A stretch of 64,000 nt of DNA from an uncultured virus (IMG/VR IMGVR_UViG_3300028595_000010) (IMGVR_UViG_3300028595_000010), one strand, 5' to 3'; counted from the stretch's first letter, positions 41,801 to 47,784 are shown. Numbers and translations: made by a program. The notes: generated by a model not told the origin, from the letters alone.

Positions 41801-42139
41801 ATAATTAACCTCACATCTGTCTGCAACTTCTTTTGTCGGATTAACAGTCTTGCCATTCTCAATTGTTGCACACAAGACTGTATTTGTAATGAAATATTTT
41901 ATTCCGTCAATTGATTTGATGTATTTATCAAACGGTTCTCTGAATATCTTTCCCGCTTTTCCCACCAGTGGAGTTTCAGCTTTAAGCTCTTCTTTTCCAG
42001 GATTCTCTGCAACAATAACAACGTCAACTTTGGACAAATCATCCGCTGAATTAGTATCAGCGATAACCGATCCTGAACCTACTAATGGACAAGTGGAACA
42101 ATCAGCAAAACTTCCTTTAATTGTAAACACTACAAACAA
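38804..42139 (-). CDS. family B DNA polymerase with N-terminal family-4 uracil-DNA glycosylase-like domain
   Basis: N-term CSTCPL, AENPGKEE, PLVGKAG, TNTVLC, HPSY; exonuclease YDIE, GWNSAGFD; polymerase DYTSLYPS, KILLNSLYG, YCDTDS, KKKYA. Confidence 0.92.
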   Translation of the reverse strand: MFVVFTIKGSFADCSTCPLVGSGSVIADTNSADDLSKVDVVIVAENPGKEELKAETPLVGKAGKIFREPFDKYIKSIDGIKYFITNTVLCATIENGKTVNPTKEVADRCEVNYLNFIKICKPKLIISLGTTPMRSLIGKDSGITKIQGQFFSYQDKLSEDLFADFSSKVLVVAHPSYVARNGGLSSEAGKKFVDCFKQAAEFLNPEEEDEVVTVSKTTNSGEIKTEKVDEPYTYRIPTKYYEDDYRLVDVQYISKSGQLIFIFRDKDNNREEYTPPPKDVEYYWYEGTTQSLIEDVKNTELKIGKYFGRNQEGHCYESDIKIANKQATDYYMRNKGEAPILHRNILFYDIEVYTGSYRGFPDPVEAKFPINAISFKLDEGEVEMYLLVTKGIDSRWEQLNEHKKFKHVKIFKSEQKMVQAFVDRTKQLNPDYLCGWNSAGFDNPYIINRMDNIGLNSNDLSPFGVTFADPNMSTCLIYGRIPLDQMWLYKNLTYTNEPSYSLENISQKVLNRGKKNYDGDLMNLYRTDIFTFCEYSITDTDLLYGLESELGHLSLQDELRAAATTSHNGASSTIGLADGLFNFELKSHNTVMRNTVHGRTKQGIVGAYVREPVGGIYDWVIDFDYTSLYPSIICSYNIGPNTFVARITPEDAHEYTYHRKKFLERDSVKLIPNPIYNSKVANVPMKKFTEILEKYHAIVSPSGCIYKGHDIEKSIFYNIIKKLFKQRKYYKGLMFKAKEAGNDLERKQYNNKQMAYKILLNSLYGVLAQEHFRFYNLDLASTVTLSGQDLIKFAGEHVDTWMTKMAESRKDMKAVSIDINPNYMTDVEEYKEYLKYCDTDSLFLHMEPYLEKLGIDPNPESIAKETENIHNFLNGMLLTGYAKLHNIAKDESMLDIKSELIARRYYCLNVKKKYALHVVSQEGVATDEVDIKGLEIKRSDFSQLTKDMLEKLIDNILKNDDFTYEGTLDLVNDFKATAIDMVIKGDPSIFKTVAFSKPLNQYKTIPQHLKGMLIWNCLEYDHFRHGNRGILVPIKGIDLDKAPHKVVDNFHKEFLKKWNQKDLNVIVIPETITKIPEYYIVDTQRIIAFAINDRVDILLEPLAKKSNICLF

Positions 42140-42183
42140 TCTCCTTTTACCTATTTGTTCCTATACAACAATAAAAAATTCCT

Positions 42184-42222
42184 AAAAAAAGAACCGAATA
42201 GATTTTATTCTATCCGGTTCTT
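42184..42222 (-). terminator. intrinsic terminator after the Ro60 gene
   Basis: AAGAACCG(A)ATAGA / TCTATCCGGTTCTT hairpin followed by U7 on the minus strand. Confidence 0.7.
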
Positions 42223-42241
42223 CGGCGATCATTGATCGGAT

Positions 42242-43843
42242 TTAGAGTTCTACTGATTTGATCGTTTCAACCCAGTAGTTCTCCTGCTTGGCTTCGATAA
42301 AGCCAGCCATGACTTCAAAGACGAAGTCTGAGAAGCCGCCGACATTCAAGATGTCAGCACCCGCGTTCGGGATTTGAGTTGTAGAGTATGGGGCCAGGTT
42401 GATGTTAACCAACCGTGCACCCTTGTTCTTCTTGCGGAAACGCTCCCACTCCGCGAAAGTGGAAGTACCTCTGCAACCCCAACCTCTGGCAGACTTGCCA
42501 CTGGAGTCGATCCAAGACTCGTTGTCAGAGAGGTAGATCACAGCGTCACCACGACCGTTGTTGTCATTGACCATCTTCAGAGGGGCAGAACAGTTAGTTC
42601 CACCGCCACCATAACTGGCCAACTTCTTCGCGTTGGTCATGATGCTGTCAAGCGGATTGATGCTGTGCTTATGACAGGTCGTGTCGAATGGGATCAACAC
42701 TGCTCTGTCAGGATGCTTTCTCATGATTGCACATGCTGCCAAAGCGGCAACATCCACACATCTCATTGTTGTGGTTGCAGATCCGCGATGACCTGTAACA
42801 GGACATCCCATTGAACCTGATGTATCCACAAAGATGTAGATGTGATCATTTCCAGGAAATTCCGGAATGTTCTCACAAGCAATCTCTGCTGCAAATTGTA
42901 GTGAGTTCTTAATGCTTGTAGGAACGCTACCAGTGTTCAACCATGCGTTGAACAACTGATATGGGAACACCTTGGACTTGAGAATTAACTCTTTGTCCTT
43001 CAGCTTGTCCGCAATGATCTGAACTGATCGGGGATGCTTAAGAACGCCGTGACGTTCAAAAGTATTCAGATTCATCCGACATGCATGGAATGGCATGTTT
43101 TCAGCAATCTGCATCCAATGTTTCGTAGTCAGATTGAACGGAGCCAGGAACTGGAACGGAAGATCTGGTTGTGGTGCAGTTTTCGGATCCTTTTTGAAAT
43201 CCTCATACTGTTTTACTAAAGGAGGTAAGAGATCGTAATTGAACTCTCTCTTCATCAAATAGTCAATGAAGTTCTTCCGGACGTCTGTCTCAGGCTTTGG
43301 ATGGGATAGGTTGATGATATCCACTAGAGTTGGATCAGTACCAATAGATCCTCTCAAGAGCTGATGCTCATTCTTGCCGTTGATCCAATCCTGAATCAGC
43401 TTCTTCGTGAAAGTCCCGAAAGACTTACGAGTGAACTGACCGGAACGAACCATCTGGACAAAGTTTTGCAACATCTTCTGTCTGTCCATAACTCTAGGGA
43501 ATACTTTCTTCAACAGATCGGATTCCCCACGTTCATGCAAAATGGCACAGCAGACAGCAGGAGTATCTTTCATGTAACCACGCTCACGAGCCAAGACAGC
43601 CAGTTGTGCGATATATTCTGGATCTTTGATGGAACGGAGCAATTCCGTCAATTCGGACAGTTGAGTTTTCGCGGAAGCGTAGAAGCCTCCGTTCAAGCAT
43701 CCCGTGAACACCAACTGTGCGGCGGCTGCCTTTTTCTTCAGTTTGTATGCGGTTCCGCCTGCCTCGTTGACAGTAACCTTCTCCTTGGTTTTGCGGATTG
43801 TGGTTTTCTTCTTTTTGTTGCTGAACAATTCCTTGTTAGCCAT
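42242..43843 (-). CDS. Ro60/TROVE-domain RNA-binding protein (Rsr-like) with vWA domain
   Basis: VNEAGGTAY, TGCLNGGFY, RMNLNTF.RHGV, VFPYQL; vWA MIDAS DTSGSM, GGGTNC, SDNESW; AAGGAG RBS. Confidence 0.92.
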   Translation of the reverse strand: MANKELFSNKKKKTTIRKTKEKVTVNEAGGTAYKLKKKAAAAQLVFTGCLNGGFYASAKTQLSELTELLRSIKDPEYIAQLAVLARERGYMKDTPAVCCAILHERGESDLLKKVFPRVMDRQKMLQNFVQMVRSGQFTRKSFGTFTKKLIQDWINGKNEHQLLRGSIGTDPTLVDIINLSHPKPETDVRKNFIDYLMKREFNYDLLPPLVKQYEDFKKDPKTAPQPDLPFQFLAPFNLTTKHWMQIAENMPFHACRMNLNTFERHGVLKHPRSVQIIADKLKDKELILKSKVFPYQLFNAWLNTGSVPTSIKNSLQFAAEIACENIPEFPGNDHIYIFVDTSGSMGCPVTGHRGSATTTMRCVDVAALAACAIMRKHPDRAVLIPFDTTCHKHSINPLDSIMTNAKKLASYGGGGTNCSAPLKMVNDNNGRGDAVIYLSDNESWIDSSGKSARGWGCRGTSTFAEWERFRKKNKGARLVNINLAPYSTTQIPNAGADILNVGGFSDFVFEVMAGFIEAKQENYWVETIKSVEL

Positions 43844-44032
43844 GTTTGCATCTCCTTTTTGTTGGAGCAGGTCAGAAATAATACTTCCTTAGAAATAAAA
43901 AATGTAACATGAATAAGCCTATACAAGTCTCCGATTTCTCGGCTAACTCTTAGTTCATTGAACACTCTTATTCGGACACCCAATACTTTACGAGGCTCCG
44001 CAAAGTCTCTAAGGGTATCTTATGTTACATTT

Positions 44033-44423
44033 TGGTGGAGACGCCGAGAATCGAACTCGGGTCCACAACTCGTTGTCAAGACTGACGTCTACGTGTGTAG
44101 CTTAAATTTTCTTTTGCCTAAGCAGCCGCATCTGATTATTTTTACAATCTACCCAGTGAGCTGGATATCAGATAAGATGTTGCTCTATAATTCGCATATA
44201 AGTCCGAGCAAACAAATATGCTATCCTAAACGCCCAAACAGTGCAGTTGACGCCTTCTGCCATATATAGGAATATTGACAGTCCACGCGTAGCTTGCCTA
44301 AGCTGCTACGAGATCAAGTTCAGGATTGTGAACTCAAAAGTAATCGGCTTTTTAAGTGGCCAACCGATCAACCACTACACGCAATCAGACGACTCTTAGT
44401 TATGTCGAAACCATGTCGTCCCC
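44033..44423 (-). ncRNA. ssrA: tmRNA
   Basis: 5' GGGGACG...UUUCGAC and 3' GAC-CCGAG-UUCGAUU-CUCGG-CGUCUCC-ACCA; G3:U70 alanine pair; internal tag frame (44333-44298) VHNPELDLVAA-stop. Confidence 0.93.
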
Positions 44424-44430
44424 AAAAAAA

Positions 44431-44503
44431 TGGAGCCAAGGGAAGGAATTGAACCTCCATCTCCGCGATACTATCGCAGGCTCTAACATTGAGCTACCTT
44501 GGC
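44431..44503 (-). ncRNA. tRNA-like RNA with aberrant anticodon loop (Thr-AGU-like)
   Basis: GCCAAGG/CCUUGGC-U-CCA acceptor, normal D and T arms; anticodon arm UGCGA-UAGUA-UCGCG gives a 5-nt loop in canonical register. Confidence 0.7.
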
Positions 44504-44672
44504 TAAAACAAACCCCCCTTTGTACATGTATCTCGGTGCACCAAAATACAAGTGCCCTACAGAAGGGGTGCTTATATAATAATAGGTTATCGGCTCCTAC
44601 TTAATTCGGTCACCGAAAGTCTCGACTAGTTACCGGAGAGCATATCCAGTGTTCATCTCCACAAAATGAAAA

Positions 44673-44819
44673 TCCTCTGACAGAAAACGGAAAGACGTTT
44701 TTACGTTGCTCTAGCCAACTGAGCTACTTCACCGTTTTTGAAATTGGTGGTGAAGACTGGACTCGAACCAGCGACCTACGGCTTAACTTGCATGTAGTCT
44801 TTACCAGGCATTCAGAGGA
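44673..44819 (-). ncRNA. Y RNA-like (YrlA-type) RNA with circularly permuted tRNA domain, copy 1
   Basis: Terminal helix UCCUCU/AGAGGA, GAAUGCC..UACAUG / CUGUC motif; T arm, then CUUCACC-A-CCA, loop, GGUGAAG, D arm. Confidence 0.85.
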
Positions 44820-44826
44820 AAATTAA

Positions 44827-44901
44827 AATGGAGACAGGGAATGTTTGAGATGATTGGTTTGCATAATCAAAAGCATGTAATCTCAAACGGCATTCTCCAT
44901 T
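44827..44901 (-). ncRNA. minimal Y RNA-like stem, copy 2
   Basis: AAUGGA-GAAUGCC-GUUUGAGAU-UACAUG ... AUCUCAAAC-AUUCC-CUGUC-UCCAUU. Confidence 0.75.
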
Positions 44902-44903
44902 AT

Positions 44904-44981
44904 TGGTAGCGGGAGAGGGATTCGAACCCCCGTTATTCAGGTTATGAGCCTGAGCTGGAACCAACTCCAGTCCATCCCGCA
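44904..44981 (-). tRNA. tRNA-Met(CAU), initiator-like
   Basis: Anticodon arm UCAGG-CUCAUAA-CCUGA, unpaired U1/U72, encoded CCA. Confidence 0.85.
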
Positions 44982-44997
44982 ACAAGTAAGATGGAAA

Positions 44998-45065
44998 AGT
45001 CCGACAGGGTAATAGATGAGATGTATTTGATTAAAAGTCATGTAATCTCATCCGGCATTCGGACT
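44998..45065 (-). ncRNA. minimal Y RNA-like stem, copy 3
   Basis: AGUCC-GAAUGCC-GGAUGAGAU-UACAUG ... AUCUCAUCU-AUUACC-CUGUC-GGACU. Confidence 0.75.
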
Positions 45066-45069
45066 AAAT

Positions 45070-45696
45070 CTATTTAGGATATCTCTTTTTGTATATCCCT
45101 CCAAAGATCTCCGCCTTTGTTGGCGTCTTACGATCTCCATTCTTAAATCTGTATGTGTCAGTCATTGCATGACAATTGCAACATAGGATTTCTTCATTAG
45201 ATCTTGTTTTATTATTTGCGTTTCCGTCAATATGATGTAACTCATATGGGCCGCTTTCAAGATCATAAGAATCAAATCCGCAAACATTGCATTTCTGCCC
45301 TTGTTCTTCCCAGATCAATTTCCGTCTATATCTCCAGGATCTTTCCTCGTACGGAAGTTTATCAGATCTGACTTTATGCGCCAATCTTGCTGATTCTGAT
45401 AATTGAGAAGATTTACACGACGGACAAATGGGAATAAACTGACTTCTTCTGATTGTTCCGTTCTTTGCTTCATTTTTAAATGAAGAAGAACATCTTGAGC
45501 AGATTAAATTTATATCTGGTACAGCACTGAAATCTATATCCAATTTAGATTTTGATCCCTGTACTCCATTATTTCCTCTAATCTTTGCTCTGGTTGATAA
45601 TTTTTTTCTGTATCCTTCGCATGTGTAATACGACTCGCAACACCATTTTCCATATACCGCGAGTTTTCCACACCCACCTTTGCATAATTGAACCAT
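45070..45696 (-). CDS. HNH endonuclease with Zn-ribbon motifs
   Basis: CNVCG...ELHHIDGN..N....N.EILCCNCHA; start moved to ATG 45696 because the track start lies inside the tRNA 3' end. Confidence 0.85.
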   Translation of the reverse strand: MVQLCKGGCGKLAVYGKWCCESYYTCEGYRKKLSTRAKIRGNNGVQGSKSKLDIDFSAVPDINLICSRCSSSFKNEAKNGTIRRSQFIPICPSCKSSQLSESARLAHKVRSDKLPYEERSWRYRRKLIWEEQGQKCNVCGFDSYDLESGPYELHHIDGNANNKTRSNEEILCCNCHAMTDTYRFKNGDRKTPTKAEIFGGIYKKRYPK

Positions 45697-45738
45697 AGAA
45701 CAATTACCTTTTACAGTTTGTTCTCTGAGTTCAAGAAA

Positions 45739-46002
45739 TGGCATACCCTACAGGATTCGAACCTGTGACCTGCTGATTCAAGTTTGTGTTGCTTTCGCAA
45801 CTCCTTGGACTTTCTCTTCACCTTATTAAAAACTTAGGTGGCAGCCGTTAAGTCTCTACACCTTCCATATTGGCTTGGCTCGGGATTGCCTTATTTGAAA
45901 CTTAGGTTTCCCCGAATTTGACTGCTTACACTCATACTATTTCTAATATGAGGCCCAGATGTTCTAGAAGTCAGCTGCTCTATCCAGCTGAGCTAAGGGT
46001 AC
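45739..46002 (-). tRNA. tRNA-Arg(UCU) interrupted by a group I intron (exons 46002-45966 and 45778-45739)
   Basis: Joined exons give GUACCCU...GCUGA-CUUCUAA-UCAGC...GGUUCGAAUCC-UGU-AGGGUAU-G-CCA. Confidence 0.92.
45779..45965 (-). mobile_element. group I intron (IC3-like), 187 nt
   Basis: P AAAUUCGGGGAA, Q AAUCCCGAGC, R GUAGAGACU, S AAGAGAAAGUCC; P1 with U:G at the splice site; GAAA tetraloops on P2 and P9; terminal G. Confidence 0.9.
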
Positions 46003-46010
46003 AAATAAAA

Positions 46011-46157
46011 GGACTGACAGGAAGCGATGTGACGTAATGTTTTTATGCTACCATTACACCACGGTCACTTTTTGATTATTAGCGACCGTCCGGATTCGAA
46101 CCGGAACCTTTACTTTTCAAGAGTATATTTCATGTAATCACATCAGGCATTCAGTCC
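46011..46157 (-). ncRNA. Y RNA-like (YrlA-type) RNA with circularly permuted tRNA domain, copy 4
   Basis: GGACU/AGUCC terminal helix, same motif; T arm UCCGG-UUCGAAU-CCGGA, looped acceptor CGGUCGC/GUGACCG, then D arm. Confidence 0.85.
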
Positions 46158-46158
46158 A

Positions 46159-46240
46159 TGGTGGCAAAGGGTGGATTCTAACCACCGACCAGAAGAACTC
46201 TTGCGTTTCTACTAGCTCTAACACTGAGCTTTACTTCGCC
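46159..46240 (-). ncRNA. degenerate tRNA-like RNA
   Basis: GGCGAAG/CUUUGCC-A-CCA acceptor, D stem GCUC/GAGC, T loop UUAGAAU, irregular anticodon arm. Confidence 0.65.
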
Positions 46241-46246
46241 ATAAAA

Positions 46247-46339
46247 GATCCGACAGGAATGCATGAGATGTTTTAACTAGCGGGTTATAATCGCCAGTAT
46301 GCATAAATGAAGCATGTAATCTCACACGGCATTCGGATC
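46247..46339 (-). ncRNA. Y RNA-like stem, copy 5 (no tRNA domain)
   Basis: GAUCC-GAAUGCC-GUGUGAGAU-UACAUG ... AUCUCAUGC-AUUC-CUGUC-GGAUC. Confidence 0.75.
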
Positions 46340-46386
46340 AAATTTGATATCATAAATTTATTCCCTAAGGAAATTTTACGATTCTT

Positions 46387-46468
46387 TGGTGGACGTACAG
46401 GGATTTGAACCCTGTGATTAATGGGACCTCTGTGGGCTTTACCATTAATCTTTAACCGAACTACGCCC
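46387..46468 (-). ncRNA. D-armless tRNA-like RNA with alanine acceptor identity
   Basis: GGGCGUA/UACGUCC-A-CCA (G3:U70), no D stem, 9-bp helix GAUUAAUGG/CCAUUAAUC, T arm CAGGG-UUCAAAU-CCCUG. Confidence 0.7.
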
Positions 46469-46546
46469 AGTAAAAAGAGGAGGCCGTCGATAGTACCCTC
46501 ACAACGGCCTCCATGTTTCTTCATAGTATAAATTAGAATTTCATAA

Positions 46547-46798
46547 TTATGACTCAGCAGTTCCCGAAGGATTCAACCAAGACTTGTTCGACAGCATTTG
46601 TGAAACTAACGGACTCGTGTACTGCCAGTTATACGACCGGGCCATAATAAATAAAAAAGGGAAAGACCTCCAAGGTAATTCCGACCGGGATGGGGACGGG
46701 ATGGGATAGATATTGTTTGGAGGCCCAGAAGGGATTCGAACCCTTACCATAAGCGTTTTTAAGAATGCTACGTCGTATTGGTTTATCTGCAGAGTATA
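46547..46798 (-). ncRNA. large circularly permuted tRNA-like RNA on a long interrupted stem
   Basis: T arm plus CUGGGCC-U-CCA (46750-46718) precede GGCCCGG plus D arm (46643-46615); flanks pair (AGCAUU/AAUGCU, CGAC/GUCG, AACCAA/UUGGUU, GCAG/CUGC, ACUC/GAGU). Confidence 0.65.
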
Positions 46799-46830
46799 AA
46801 GCTATAGGAGCGAAACACTGACTGACGGCT

Positions 46831-46893
46831 TCATCTGGTCCACCGACTCTTCAATGCTTCCTCTACCGCAAGCACTTCGTGTAGTTTACCCAT
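46831..46893 (-). CDS. 20-aa ORF (MGKLHEVLAVEEALKSRWTR); leader peptide or truncated gene remnant
   Basis: Strong GGAGGAG RBS just upstream of the ATG. Confidence 0.4.
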   Translation of the reverse strand: MGKLHEVLAVEEALKSRWTR

Positions 46894-47065
46894 GTGCTCC
46901 TCCATTGGGATTATAAAAACTTAAACTGAAAAACAAAGAGATAGGTTTATACAGAATGTATGTTCCTTTACCAAATTGTCAGTAGCTGATAATTTGGTTC
47001 TCCATCACAATTTAATATATTTAGATAACGGTATCCTTTCCAAGGTAGAGACATACACTTTTACC

Positions 47066-47094
47066 CGTCCCTTATTATTATATAATAAGGGACG
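47066..47094. repeat. palindrome in the divergent intergenic region
   Basis: CGTCCCTTATTA / TAATAAGGGACG inverted repeat. Confidence 0.6.
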
Positions 47095-47203
47095 TTAAGA
47101 CTAGATTCTGTATCGCAATTTTTTGAATTGGTAGCATTTGAAATTCAACAAGTTATAAATTTGGTTTCTCATGACTTTTTTGAAAAAATACTTTTGAAAC
47201 ATA

Positions 47204-47212
47204 AGAACAAAT
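47204..47212 (+). promoter_or_regulatory. representative copy of recurrent RGAACAAA(A)T putative phage promoter motif
   Basis: Found on the coding strand shortly upstream of at least 13 gene starts in the window. Confidence 0.6.
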
Positions 47213-47232
47213 AACAAATTAGGAGATCGATT

Positions 47233-47784
47233 ATGTCATCTGAAATCCAAACATATACTGGTAGAGTTGTAGATCCGTTTAATCTGAAACCTGAAGACAT
47301 CGATATTGAAGACATCTGTTATTCTATTAGTAGAATTTGTAGATTTGGTGGTCACTGTTTAAGATTCTATTCAGTAGCTGAACATTCAGTATATGTAAGT
47401 GAGTTTGTCAGTGATGAAAATAAATTGTGGGGCCTTCTCCATGATGCATCTGAAGCATACTTTGGAGATCTTCCTCGTCCCATCAAAAGAGCTATACCTG
47501 GATATCAAGAAGCTGAAATGAAAGCTCAACAAGTTATAGCTGAAAAATTTGGCCTTCCATATCCTATACCTGAAGAAGTAAAAGATATTGATACAAGGCT
47601 GTTGCTCTCTGAATCATACTCGCTTATGGCCTCTCCTTTTGACTTCGGAAACGAGATTGAGCCACTTGCAATTTCCGGTATGTTAGGTGTAGATTCAGAG
47701 ACAGCCAGAAACATGTTTATCATACGGTTCAATAATTTGAAAAATAAAAAGAACAAACCTCAAATTAGTAGTCCTTTTAAGTAA
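47233..47784 (+). CDS. HD-domain phosphohydrolase (YfbR/YfdR-like 5'-deoxynucleotidase)
   Basis: RFGGH, YSVAEHSV, LLHDASEAYFGDLPRP. Confidence 0.85.
   Translation: MSSEIQTYTGRVVDPFNLKPEDIDIEDICYSISRICRFGGHCLRFYSVAEHSVYVSEFVSDENKLWGLLHDASEAYFGDLPRPIKRAIPGYQEAEMKAQQVIAEKFGLPYPIPEEVKDIDTRLLLSESYSLMASPFDFGNEIEPLAISGMLGVDSETARNMFIIRFNNLKNKKNKPQISSPFK

Noticed and set aside
43738..44604. Track ORFs 43738..43983, 43958..44269 and 44356..44604
   Set aside because: They overlap the Ro60 leader, tmRNA and tRNA-like genes and have no protein motifs.
44673..46339. CRISPR array interpretation of the repeated CATGTAATC...GGCATTC motif
   Set aside because: Copies are not identical, spacing is irregular, they covary as RNA helices, and no cas genes are present.
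46285..46750. Track ORFs 46285..46524 and 46547..46750
   Set aside because: They are translations of structured RNA elements.
46547..46798. Second, two-piece tmRNA
   Set aside because: No G3:U70 pair, discriminator is U, a D stem is present and no tag-like frame was found.
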